DNA of 64,000 nt. It comes from Cycas panzhihuaensis. Taxonomy: Eukaryota; Plantae; Cycadophyta. Positions 13,225 through 26,542 of this stretch are shown in pieces. The translations under genes and the position numbers were made by a program. The stretch's first letter is position 1. Every line of letters begins with the position of its first letter. The stretch lies in assembly GCA_023213395.1 (NCBI GenBank), contig CM041465.1, positions 234,367,741 to 234,431,740 on the forward strand, read 5' to 3'. Under the pieces are notes generated by a model. The model saw nothing but the letters and a program-made list of their open reading frames with translations. It made no database searches and was not told the DNA's origin.

Positions 13225-16200
13225 TTTACCCTCAAAGCATTAGTAGCTTTGGAAATTGCTGTATCCATTCATCTGACTCCCATGTTGTGTCTTCTATATC
13301 CAATGTCTACTATTTTATGAGGCACTCTTTGATTTGTCTTGTTCGAAGTTGCCTAGTGTGAATTTGGAGTATCCCTTCTGGTTCTAGTATAATTTTTCCT
13401 TCTTCATTAAGTTCTAGCAAAGATGTTTGTGGTACTATCTTATCGCTAATCTTTTTCTTTAGGCATGAAACATGAAAGGTATCATGGATCTTGCTTGTTG
13501 TCGGTAAATTAAGTTTGTAAGCTACTTCCCCAATTCTGTCAAGTATTTGATTTAGTCCAAAATATTGGGGAGTAAGCTTTTGTGTCTTCATCTTGTTCAA
13601 TGATGTTTGTTTGTATGGTTGTAACTAGAGAAAAACCCAGTCATCTTTCTGGAAGCTCCTTTCTGATCGCTGCGCATCTACTTGCTGCTTCATTCTATTC
13701 CTTGCCATTGCCAAATTATCCTTAAGAATTCTAATCATGTCTTCCATTTGCTTTTGGTGTTCTTGGATAGTTTGAACCTGAGATGATCCATTCCATGTTA
13801 ATAGAGATGGCAGCTGGTATCTGTAAAGTGCCTGGAATGGCGTCATCTTGGTGGAAGAGTGGTATGTTGTATTATACCACCACTCGGCTAGGTGCAGCCA
13901 CTTGTACCACTAATTTTGTTTATCTGAGCAGAAATTCCTCAAATAACCTTCTAGACATTTGTTGACTATCTCTGTCTGTCTATCAGTTTGGGGATGATAT
14001 GCTGTGCTCATGTGTAATTTTGTACCTACAATTCTAAATGAATCCTTCCAAAATTTACTAGTGAACTTTGGATCCCTATTGCTAACAATAGTTTTAGGGA
14101 ACCTATGTAGTCTATGGATTTCTTTCATGTATAGTTTTGCTACGTCACTTGCCTTTGCTGTTGATTGTAGCCCTAAAAAATGGCTATACTTTGTTAATCT
14201 ATCGACTGTAACAAAGATTACATCTTTACCTTCTGATTTCAGGAGACTTGTAATAAAATCCATTGAAATTTCTTCCTATTTTTGGTTGGGAATTGGTAGG
14301 GGTTGTAGGAGACCTAGGGTCTTTACACATTCTACCTTATTCCATTGACAAGTGTCACATTCTGTCATAAATTTTTGGATGTCTGATTTTAGGCCCTTCT
14401 AAAAGTACAATGCTTTTATCTTCTGATATGTCTTGTCTATACCGGTGTGGCCTGCTTTTGGGACCGAATGTGCTTCTTGCAGTATAATTTCCTTTAATTT
14501 GGAATTTTTGGAAATGCAGACTTTACTATTCCTAAGAATCAGATCACCCTTTTGTTGGTATTTATCTGAATTACTTCCCTTCATGTTATCTAGGAGTTTT
14601 TGGTATCTTGGATCTGCCATATATTCAGTTCTAATGGATTTTAACCATGAGGGCATAATTGTTAATATCAACAGTAATGAAGGACCTTCTTTCGCTTCAT
14701 CTAGGATTCTTGATAATGCATCTGCTATAATATTCTCTTTGCCTTTCTTGTATACTATTGTGAAATCAAAATTCTACAACTTACTGACCCATTTTTGTTG
14801 CTCATTAGACAATGTCTTCTATCTGAGGAAGTATTTCAGACTATCATGATCCATGTGTACTTGAAAGGAATTTCCCAATAGATATTGTCACCATTACTGG
14901 ATGGCGTGCATGATAGTGAGCATCTCCTTATCATATATGGGTTTGAGTTTTTCTCTGTTATTTAACTTCTAACTCTCATAAGCTATTGGTCTTTCATCTT
15001 GGAGTAAGGCTGCTCCTATCCTGAATCTTGATGCATCACATTCCAATACGAATGGTTTTGAAAAATCAGGTGTTGTTAGCACTGGAGCTGTTATCATGGC
15101 CTTCTTAAGATTACCAAATGCTTCTTCTGCTTTCAGGTTCCAAACAAATGTATCTTTCTTTGTTAAATCCATGAGGGGTGCTGCTAGGTGTGCATAACCC
15201 TTTATAAACTTCCTAACAAATCTTGTTGTCCCCAAGAATTCTCGAACTGCTATAATACTTGTTGGGGTTGGCTAATTGATAATTGCTTATATTTTCTTTG
15301 GATCAATCCTTATACCTTCTCTAGTTATGATATGGCCTAAGTATTCTAGTTCTTTTTTTACAAATGAATATTTATTCTTGTTGGCAAAGAATTGATTATC
15401 ATGCAAAATTCTGAAAATGATTTTTAGGTGTTCTAGATGTTCTCCCCATGTCTTATTATAGATTAAGATATCATCAAAGAAAATTAACACGAATTTGCAT
15501 AAGACTTGCTTGAAGGTATCATTCATGGTGCTCTAAAATGTTGCCGGCGCATTTGTTAATCCAAATGGCATTACCTTAAATTCAAATAGGCCTTCATGTG
15601 TTCTAAACACTGTCTTGTAGACGTCTTCTTCTTTTATCTAGATTTGATGATATCCTAAGCATAAATCAATTTCTAAAAAGTAATTTGCTCCATGAATTTT
15701 ATCCAATAGATCATCAATGCAAGAGATCAGGTACCTGTTCTTGACTGTTAATTGATTGAGACCCCAGTAGTCTACACACATTCTATATGAACCATCCTTT
15801 TTGGTACTGATAACAACTGGGCTATGAATGGGCTTTTGCTAGGGGTAATACTCCCTTGGGATAGGAGTTCACTTGTGATTTTCTTGATTTCTTTCTATAA
15901 ATGATACAGATGTCTATATGGTCAAACATTGACTAGCGCTGCACCTAGTATAAGTTCAATTGCATGTTGGTTTTCTCGAAGAGGTAGTAGTCCTTTCAGT
16001 TCATTGAACATTGTCTTGTATTCTTCTATAATTTGTTGAATCTCTAGTGGAGTATCCCTGATTTCAACCTTATAGCATGTCATAATATATGCTAATGGGT
16101 TTTTCTTGAGGATCTTCTCCATTCAGTGTGATGAGACTAGTTGTACTGGTGGTGTTGCGAGTGCCTACAATCGATACTTACGTCCTCCCTGGCAAAAGTA

Positions 16201-17560
16201 CATAAATCTGGTCATATAATTAGTGACTATATTATCTAGAGTTTGAAGCCACTAGATTCCTAATATTGCATCCATGCCACCGATTTACATTGCAAACATG
16301 CATGTGTTTGTGCAATATTCACCCATCTATAAATTTATTTTTTTGTAGAATCCTCCACACGGTGTTGTTTTCCCATTTGCAATTGACACTTGGAATGTCT
16401 TTATTGGTTCTATTTTAATTCCAAGCTTCTTTGCAGTTGCCCTATTTATAAAGTTATGTGTATTACCACTATCGACTAGAATTGCGACAGGTGCCCCTTT
16501 TATCATCCCTTGGAATCGAAGTGTTTGTGGTGTAAGACTTTGTCCTATAATTGCTTGGAGTGATATGTGTACATTTTCTGTATCTAGCTTCAATAGTTCG
16601 TCTACTTTAGCTTCCTCTGGCTTTTCTTCAACTTCTTCTTGAATTTCCTTAGGTGCTTCTTCTTCCTCCGATATTATTGTATCTTCAATATTAATCATAT
16701 ATACCTTCTTGCCGGTGCATTGATGTTTGTAATTCCATTTTACACTGCATTTGAAACAAGTTTCTTTCCTCATGTGTTCTTCCTTTGTTATTGTCTCTTG
16801 ATTACTTCTAATTGTTAATGGAGCCTCCACTTTAGTTCCTGACCTGTTCTAGTTTGGGTTAAATCCTTGTGAGCTTTCTATTCTGTGTGTGAATGTAGGT
16901 CTAGTTTCCTGCAGTTCTGCTTCCACATAGCTTACTATTTTGATTACTGAATCTAATGTTGGTACCTCCATTGCTTTTAGACAATATCTTATTAGAGGTT
17001 TCAATCCACTAATGTATGTTTCCAGAAGGAGTTCTGGTGGCACAGTTATCAGAATTAGACATTGTAACACTTGAAATTATTTAGTGAACTCTTAGACTAA
17101 GCTAGTTTGCTATAATCTTGTCAACTAGGTGAAGTAGTCTATACTCCATGAGTCTTCATATTAGATTATGAGCCCACGCTTCATGTTCTGCCAGCTTTCT
17201 GCCTGTTTCCCACTGGTTCGAAGCCACCATGAATACCATTTCAAGGCTCGACCGTATAAATGTAATGATGCCAAAGATACTTGCTCATGTTCTGGTATCG
17301 TGTAGACTGAGAAATAAGTTTCCATCTGTAGGATCCATCCTCTTATATCCCTCGATTTATCAGGGTCAAATTTCTCTAAGGTGATCTTTGCCATTGTCAC
17401 CCCTTCGTTATTCTCATAGTTTCTTCTTTGATATTCTCCTCCTATTTTAAATCTTCCTTTGAAATTACTTATATTTCCTTGTTCTATTTCCTTTTCTTGT
17501 TTGGTCCATATTGGTTCTGCCTGTGCTCTGTCCAATTTTATGTTGATTTTATGCATGAGG
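13225..17560 (-). pseudogene. gag-pol with chromodomain, pseudogenised
   Basis: ORF-track fragments 17161-17556, 16849-17070, 16327-16830, 15287-15526, 14969-15235, 14399-14671, 13910-14263, 13625-13846 and 13310-13600 lie in gag-PR-RT-RH-IN-CHD order. Confidence 0.93.
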
Positions 17561-17872
17561 TCTAAGAGGCCTGCTAACGAGGCTAGGATTTCCTTTCCTA
17601 CTTCATCTGAGGCGATAGGTTCCTAACTGGATTGGCCTTAGCTAGTCGACATCTTCTTTTGTTGTATAACCTTCTTAGAGTGTAACTCCGTTTGGGCTCT
17701 TCTTAAAAATCCATGGGCGGGAGGGTGGGGAAAAATTTCACTTCCTTCTTACAAAAATTTTCACCCTTCTGATGGCTGTTAGACTGTATTGATCCCCTTC
17801 TGAAAAAAATTTGACTATATTCTCCAGAGACACTTTTCCATAGGATAGCTTCAACGAAGCTCTGATACCACT

Positions 17873-18391
17873 TATAGCGGAAGCTTTTAACTTAATTTAG
17901 AAATAACTCAAAGATTCGTAGATACTGGTCTAATATAGATTTGAATAGATCTCTTCAATCTCAAATAATAATGAATATTGGAAATTCGCCATAAAACACT
18001 GAAACAAAGTAATGGAAATAGTACTAATAAAGGTAAATATATTGTGCAAAATATAAACAAAATATCCTTACTGAACGATTACCCTTCGAGGTGGGAATCC
18101 TCCAAACATCTCAGGCCAAAAGGCCGAGCCAACTGTAGCCCTAGATCTGAAAATGTAGAAGAGATCCAATCTGAAGTGATGATACCAAATGAGGGCTTTG
18201 CTCCCTATTTATAATGGCCGATTATTATCTTATTTGAAGTCAGCTAGAATTAAGACAGTTCACTGGGAGTGAACCATTAATGAAGTTGGCCAGAAAATCG
18301 GCTTACTAGTCGACTAATATTCCTGCACTCATTTCTAGGGTTTAAGTCAGTTAACAGGCCCCTAAAGAGAGGGTTTTCCTAAAATGTAACA
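17873..18391 (-). repeat. 5' LTR of Reina-like element
   Basis: Direct repeat of 12688-13201, adjacent to the iMet PBS; terminal TG mutated to TA on the plus strand. Confidence 0.95.
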
Positions 18392-19388
18392 ATAAATACT
18401 TAACTCTCAAATACTTGAAAAGTTCTATGCAATAAGCTAGATGGGAGAAGTAATTACATTTATATATAGTGTCAAAAATACAAAAGAATTAAAGCATTAG
18501 ATAAAAATAATAAAAGTAAGAGGCATCACAATAGATGAAAGATATATATTTTGTATGTTAACTTAACTTTACTATTACTTCATAACATATAAGACATGTT
18601 GTTAGAGATGTCAATTATAGAAAAGATATACTATGCACAAGCTAACTAAACAAATACTCAATTAAATATAGTGTGGGGTAACAGATAGGCATATGCAAGC
18701 AACTAAGTTTAGCATTGGGTAAATGACAAGAAACAAATGCATGTCTAATATGAAAAAAAATGAAATAATATTTAGATTTTAGGAAAGGGCCTAAAATTGA
18801 GGAAATAGGATGTATTTTTTGAAATATTGCATTCAGATTTTTTAAGATCCATTAGTAATTATTGGCATATATGATGGTTATTTCCATTTTCATTTGATAT
18901 TTCTTAGACTTGTAACTAATGAGAGACCTTCTATGAATTGATTTCTTATTGAGAGAATTATTTTTTTGCCTAAGGGTTTATGATAGAATGTAACAACAAA
19001 TAGAAAAATGTAGCACATATGGCTTTTTCAAATTTAATCTTTGTGACCTAACTTATGGATTTCTTAAATCCTATGGTTTGTCCCTATAAGACTATAATAA
19101 CCCTCATGTAACTCTTAGGTGTAGTACATTTATAAATATGGTAATGAACAAGTAATGGAAATGAATAAATAGCAAGAGAAATAAATTTTCCTAAAGTATT
19201 TTTAAATTTAAAAAACCTAGAGTAAGTAAATTAGATTTGATAAGTTTATACCATATGTTCATATGATTTATAGTGCTTGACTCTATGTAGTAGGGCTTAA
19301 GATTTGTTTTTATTTTTTTTAATGTAATTTTAGTCTTTTGTGGTTAGTTCTTTTTTAAAAGACCTTATGGCCTCTAAGTTTTAGTTGT

Positions 19389-20968
19389 TGTTAAAATATG
19401 TGTCCATACCACCTAATGTAAAGAGGGTCTCCCTATTTGTATGCCTAATTATGTGGAGGAATATTCTTGATTGTGGTGATCTAATGGATGTATTTGTAAT
19501 TATATTTGGCACTTTAGATGTATAAATATAGCTTAAAGTCCACATTTGTGGTATATCATTTTGTCATAATATGAATTATTATTCATTTGTTGGTTTTCAC
19601 CTATAAGGGTTTCCCACAACAATCTGATGTCCTATGTATTTGTTTTTGCTTGTTATCTGCTTGATGTGAAAGATCTCGTCAATCTTGTTTACCTTAATTG
19701 CATTTTCTAAAATGGTATTATAACATGTAGGTCATGCACAAGTAGATGAATGCTGTCAAAGATCCATCGATGGTGCCAGGTCATGTTGGCTTGCTCTTAG
19801 CAGATTTGCATGCCTAATAACCTTGCAAAATAGCCATGGTAGTGAAGGTAGTCATTAATTGATCCCATGAGCCTTTTATTCTTGTTTGTAGGTACTCTGA
19901 GCTATATGGAGGTGTGTGGATGAGTTTTAACTCTGTTGCCAACCATATGAGTGTCATTTGAGCCTGTTGAATGTGTCAGATCCCCGTTTGACATTGCCAC
20001 TAAGTTTGCATGCCCTAGAGTTGATTTCTAGCCCTCTGTTATTGGTGGAAGAGTGAAAAAACCCTAGTGAGCAGAGTCGTAAGTCAATAATATGATAAAA
20101 TCAAAGGTATGCTTAATATATATTTAATCTCCCATTTATAATATTTAAGGTTTGATTAAATAATATTTGCCCATGTATATGACAATCAGATGTAGTAATA
20201 TTTGGTGGGGATAATGTTGTCTTATACAAAGATTAAGCATATATTTCCCAACCATATTTAATCACTATTACCCTATGCATTTAATAATACAAATTGACAT
20301 GGTGTTTTAATAATCACGTAGTGATTATATTAAAACCTGCATTGATTATCTTGCTATACTACTATCGTGAGTTAATGGCATCACCCTTTAATTAGCCTAA
20401 ATATATTATCATATGGTTGTGGTGCCCTCTGTATATTGTCACCTGCCAGTTGAATATTAGTTTGCATTGATATAGTCACATGTTTTGATGAACAACCTAC
20501 ATGTTATATCTCAGTTACTTGCATGTTATACTCTCCAGCCTACTATGTATATTTAATGGTTATATGTGTATCTCTGCATTAAGTTGTAGTTGAGTTCAGC
20601 ATTCAATACATCATTGCATTCCATATATCGATTAATGGGCTATTTACGATGTATTTCATATATATTGAATAGATATTTTAATATATATTAAGCTGTTGTT
20701 TAGTATGCTATCACCCTTTGTTGAGTTTGCCCGTCTGTGATATTAATGATGCTTAAGCAGCTGAAGTCACCCATTTAAATGTGTTGCTCGTATTATGTAA
20801 TAGTTTGTAGTCATAATATTGGTTAGTTTGCCTGTTGATTATGATGTTTAATCATTGTTTATCACCCACGTGATATATTTTACATGTAATGCTTTCAGCC
20901 AGAGGAAGTAATAGTGGTCGTCAGATTCTTCAGTTGCCCATGCATTGCTTAATACGCAAGTTTATATA

Positions 20969-21004
<36 letters not shown>

Positions 21005-21033
21005 GGGTGTTTAATATAAAGTTGCATATATAT

Positions 21034-21087
<54 letters not shown>

Positions 21088-21106
21088 ATATCTATATCTA
21101 TATATA

Positions 21107-21149
<43 letters not shown>

Positions 21150-23600
21150 CTGCCAAATCAAATTTATTGATGCACCTTTTTATAAAGTCATTATACTTTA
21201 ATTCTATTTTAAAGTTAAATGATTTATTGAAGTCTTCAATTGCCTTATTTATTTGTGAAAGCCCCTTTTTTTGATATATTAGTATTTATTTTTTACATAT
21301 ACTTCGTCATCATTTGCTATCTTTATTTTTGATGAAAGTATATCTTTTAAAAGGTGACTTAAATATATCTTATAAGGCCTCTATTATTGATATATGAGGT
21401 GATATGGTGTAGTGATGTATCCTGGTGGTAACATTGAAATAAATTTTAAATGGTGAAGTATGTGATTGGTTGGTGATGACTATATAATGGAAAAATAGGA
21501 GTCTCTTGCATGTGATTGCATGAGAGATGAGGAAAGCTTAGACTCTCTAGCCTATGATTTACATGAGTTAATGAGTTCAATGTGAAGAGGTAAAGATGGG
21601 CATATGTTGGGAAAATTTGAGGCGATGACATACTCTTCTTGCATGTGAGATTATATGACAAGATTAGGTGAGGTTGTTGGGCAAGTTTTTCGAGGTTTTA
21701 AGGGCAAGAAAGGGCAAAGAAGGCTAAGAAGAGCATGAGATACCTTAATTGCAACTTAATATAAACTCTATTACTATTTTTATGTGGCATAGATCATTGC
21801 ACAAAATTCATGATTTATTTGATTATTCAATGAAATATATGTAGTTTATTCAGTGATATGAGTGTTCTTATTCAGTTACATTCAAGTTTAGTTGCATTAG
21901 ATATATATGAGGTGATGAAGTTTAGAATTTTCTTGTATGCGTGGTTGTCATTTTTGATGGATCATTATACTTTGATAGTTAAACTAATGATAACATGAGG
22001 TTTGTGGCCTAGTTTAATGTTTGTTTAACATGGATGCATATCTAAACAAATCTAATGTGGAACTGAGACAAAGTGCTTAATAAAATTTAAGTGTGAATGG
22101 AAAGGTCTAAGATAAGATGCCTTAAAATTAGTTATACCTTTATCATGGTACGTACAATTGGCCTATCAAGTTGCATTGTAGGTGAGTATCATGATGTAGA
22201 TGGTGAGGTTTAGTGTATGTTGTGGTTTGCCTCCCATAGTTTGATGGTAGAAACTATAGTGGACAGGTATGAGATCCCTTATTGTGACTATTTGTGGCAT
22301 ATTTTCTCCTCTTGTTATGTGTTTGGACCAAGTTAGAAGCCTTCCATTTGTTTCCTTTAGTTTATTGGAGTGCACATATCCTAGATAAAGATTGTAGCAG
22401 TAGGATTGTAAGAGTTTGAAGCCTATGAATTATTTAGCTTACAAATAGTGTGATCTATAAGGGAAATTCATTGTGATCAGTCTAGATGTAGAGTTGAAGA
22501 GTTGTTGATGTATCATGCTGAGTGTCATTTAGTAATAGGTTTTATCCTTCATTGTTTCACTTTTCCGTGATGTTATTCAGTAGGTGTGGAGGTTTGTTTG
22601 CCTAACATTATGCTTGAAATGGAAGTAGGACCTAGTGATAGATTGATGATAAGGAGTTGTTAGTTGAGTAGATATGGATTGAAACCCCATATTCCATTGA
22701 TAATTGAAGACTTGTAGGATGATGGAAGATCATGGATCAACATGCCAATTAAAACTTGAGATAGATACCAATGTTCTAATGAGTATAGATTCATAATAGA
22801 GAGCTGTATTGAAGTAAAGAACTTGGTCAGTTTGCAAGTTGGTAAGCTTGTTGCACAATATATCTAGCAAAGAAGGATTAAGGTATGATGAGACATTTGC
22901 ACTAGTCTTTTGGTCTATTTGATTCTTACTTTAGCAGCTTTATATAGTTGGTTATTATATCATATCATATCAGTGTCCCTTAACAAAGACTTGAAGATGC
23001 AATTCACATGGTTTAAGTGGCTTAACCTCTTAGTTTAGTCAAAGGAATATGGTTGATTTGAATGGATAAAGTGTCAAGTGTAGAGAGAGTTGTATGGTTG
23101 CAGGTTTGTTAGAGCATTTCCAAAGAATTAAGCAAATACAAGGCATGGCACCATTACATCCAAGTGAAAATCACTACATCGATGTTTGTGCATATTGGGT
23201 TGGGTAAAGTTATCCTTGGGAGGGGATTTATTCTCAATGATAATCCTTGTTGCCCCACATTTACATTAAGAGGGGATGCTAAAATATATGTCGATACCAC
23301 CTAATGTAAAGTGGGCCTCCCTATTTTTATGCCTAATTATGTGGAGGAATATTCTTGATTATGGTGACCTAATGGATGTATTTATAATTATATTTGGCAC
23401 TTTAGATCTATAAATATAGATCAAAGTCCACTGTTGTGGTATATCATTTGGTCATAATTTGAATTATTATTCATTTGTGGGTTTTCACCTATAAGGGTTT
23501 CCCACAATAATCTGGTGTCACGTGCATTTATTTCTACTTGTTATCTACCTGATGTGAAAGATCTTATTGACCCTATTTGCTTTAGTTGCATTTTCTAACA
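19389..23600 (+). mobile_element. Non-autonomous Copia-derived LTR element (LARD-like), 4.2 kb
   Basis: 324-bp LTRs at 19389-19712 and 23277-23600; TSD GTTGT/ATTGT (1 mismatch); decayed PBS TGGTATTATAAC (19713); PPT AAGAGGGGA (23268-23276). Interior is mostly non-coding, with only a short Copia RT relic (EGLRYDETFALV, ~22870-22910). Confidence 0.88.
20963..21147. repeat. (AT)n / (ATATCT)n compound microsatellite
   Basis: Two AT runs (20963-21001 and 21026-21147) with ATATCT variants. Confidence 0.97.
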
Positions 23601-23689
23601 ATTGTGAACTCATGCTTACACTCTATTTGGCATAAATTTATTTATTTAATTACAGAAAATTTTGAGTATTATTATTTCTAGATTTAAGC

Positions 23690-24888
23690 TACTGGATGTC
23701 TATTAATTAAATGGGAAAAAGAAATCCATTTTGGATATTTAGGAATTCCAATATTCTGACCTCGTAATAACTCTTAAAAATTATTAATAGAATGGAGAAA
23801 AAACTACAAGACAAAGATAACATTACTAAATTTTAAGACAAAGATTGAGAATCATTAGCAATTATTAGGATGTTCATAATAGATGACATTATGATTCACC
23901 TACAAGTAGTATAAATTATAACAGAAGCTTGGGGAATTTTAAGGGATTTACATGAGCCTACAAATGAAATTAGAATATTATACTTAAGAAATCATTTATA
24001 TGGTTTAATAATGAGTCAAGACTAGTCTAGAATGTTGGACCTCTAAAGATTAAAAGAATCTAGAGATTAACTAGTTGTTATAGCTAAGAATATAGGTGGT
24101 AAATACCTTATTAACATGACCTTGAACATCTTTTATCTTTTATGCATTAACAACTAGTTTAATCTTGGTTGAGAGGATGACCCCACTAACATTTGAATAG
24201 TTATATAGTATGATTTTCTATAAATAATTAAAATTACAAGCGTATCAAGGCAACATCAATGGTGAGCCTTCCTTGAAAGTGAAATCTAAGAAGAACAAAG
24301 GGAAATAATTCAGCCAAGTCTAATCATAACAATCTAAGAAAACCTTACAAATGAACACACAATCATAATGTAAAAATAAATGAAGGCCTATTATGGCTTA
24401 TTCTTACTATGGTAAAAGAGGTCAACTAAAAATTAATTATTAGAAGATGAATCTACCCATAACCTATCTTTAGATAAAGATAAATATGTCAATATGATTT
24501 CCATGATTACTACACTTATGGAGAGGAATTATTTAATATGGTTTACTAAATTTAAAGCCAATAAAGATATTATGTATAGAACAAACTAGTTTACTAATTT
24601 GAGTAGTTATGATGGGACTATTGTATTATATAGCAATAATTAGCATAGAGCTGATGGAAAAAGAATAGTGTTTATACTAAGCAATAGAATCAAGAATTAA
24701 AATATGTTGGATATTCCCTCATTTATTTATTTATTTATTCCATCAATTGAATAACCAAATAAAACTTCAAGATTGAGTTTGATAGGGGTAAGTGTCTTAT
24801 TAAAGAAGTTAGTAATGTAGTTTTTGAAGGTGCCTATGGAAATGGTGCATATAAGTCATCCTTAATACTTAAGTATGGTATTGATATA
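23690..24888 (+). pseudogene. Copia gag/protease remnant (outermost element of the nest, 5' part)
   Basis: EAWGILRDLHEPTNEIRILYLRNHLY (~23925-24000, UBN2-like gag), zinc-knuckle relic (~24400) and post-protease KCLIKE...NGAYK (~24790-24855); interrupted by an LTR at 24889. Confidence 0.75.
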
Positions 24889-26542
24889 TGTGGCATAGTT
24901 ATCCTAACTGTGGGACCTATTTGCTAGTACATGTAACTATATGACATAATAGTTAGTGCTATACTGTAATATGTGTATGGTTTGCTTACTCTAGCTAATT
25001 ATATTCTTGTATAGAGGTCACTCTTATCTATATAAGGCCTCATAAAAGTAGAGTAAGGTTTATTATGTATTGAGATCTTATATATGAGCATACTATGATA
25101 TGACTTAGGTGTCTATTTAGTGCTCATTTCTATATTTTTTTCTTTCAATTAATAAAAGAGAGTTTGATTGGTTATATTGTTATTTAAATATTATGTCCTT
25201 TGAACTTTATAATATAAATAATTATAGTAAATATTAGGAAAAGACTATCCTAAGTAAAAAAGAAAAATCAGGTGAATATTGGGACATAACTATCTCAAGT
25301 CCATGGCCTAAATTTTACCCTTATATTTTATTTACCTTAGTTTAATGAACATGTCACATGATCATTTTGCATTAGGTTAGCTTTAACTCTAATTTTTGCA
25401 GAAAAATAATATATAAGCACCCTGTGAGTCCTATAGCCTAACTTTTATACCTAATCTTACTTATATCATTTTGACAAGCTCTTTGCACTCATCTTAGTAC
25501 ACTATATGAGGTTATTGTATATTATTTTGTAGGGGAATGGCCTATAGACACCCTGTAAAGGCTTATTTATAATAAGAAAACTAATAATATATAGCCATTC
25601 TCCCCCAACACTCACACCTCCCACCTTTATACATCACTCTCTAATTCTTTAGCTATACTCTATCCATCTAATTTTAACTATCCTTTCCTTTGATAAACCC
25701 TTCTTCTCCCATTATTATCTCCTATTTCTTCTCTTCATACAATGGATCCTACTTGAGCAAATTAACTCTTAACACTAGAGATTCAATATACTACTTTAAA
25801 TGACATCATCATTAAGCTAATGGATGAGATCAGGAAACTTTAGATGTGGATGCCTACTATATTAACATGGAAATCTAATATATCTTCCTTGTCAAACTCA
25901 ACTAGTAATTTGCCAAAACCTCCACCCCCATCACCTCCTCTTTCACCTTTAACACATCATTACCCACTCCATAAAAAGACTATTATTCCCACTTTTAACT
26001 TTAACCTTAATAGGGATACTATACATTATTGGATCAATAAGGTAAAATCTTATTTCAAGCTCAGCCCTATGAACCTTGATAATAAACTCATTTTGCCTTC
26101 CTTGACCTTGAGACAAAGCATATTACTATTTCTATTAGTGGAAATGTGAGAATCCCACCAACCAAATATAGAACTCATTTGTATAGTGCTTCTTTGACCA
26201 ATATGGAGATACTTGGAATGAATCCTTCTTTAGTTAGATTGTCCATCTTGAGTTGACTAACATCAATTAAAATATATATTAAATAATTTTAGGCCATACA
26301 AAATCGAGCTTTTCAACCCTTTGATCAATAGACTCTTATTGATATGTATGTATCTAGCCTTAAGGACCACATCTAAATGTGACTTAAAGTGGTTCCTCTA
26401 ATAACTTTAAGAGCAACTATCTCTATAGTAAAGGAAGTAAAAGTAAACTTTAGAATAGAGTGCCTAAGTCCTCCTCAAATGGATCAAATATTTAACCTAT
26501 ATCTTTAGCAAATAATCTAACAACAATACTAAATAAATCATC

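Larger units (their letters stand above)
12688..18391 (-). mobile_element. Full-length Ty3/Gypsy chromovirus (Reina-like), inactivated
   Basis: LTRs 12688-13201 and 17873-18391; perfect TSD ATAAA (12683-12687 and 18392-18396); PBS tRNA-iMet (rc of GCTCTGATACCA, 17859-17870); PPT rc of AGTCCCCCCCCT (13202-13213); gag, PR (LVDSG), RT (FFDDIL), RH (LECDAS), IN (MDFIT...YHPQTD) and a chromodomain-like C-terminus (LEPEGILQ...ECLIK*...DTTWES). Confidence 0.95.

Noticed and set aside
13783-14849. Plus-strand ORFs 13783-13965, 14004-14348 and 14433-14849
   Set aside because: They are antisense shadows of the Reina pol frame.
17978-18214. 78-aa ORF
   Set aside because: It lies within an LTR, is not preserved in the partner LTR and has no recognisable domain.
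18989-19275. Possible 5' LTR and PBS of the outer Copia
   Set aside because: No partner LTR is in the window and the PBS match is too weak.
20962-21201. IYIYIY ORFs on both strands
   Set aside because: They are translations of the (AT)n microsatellite.
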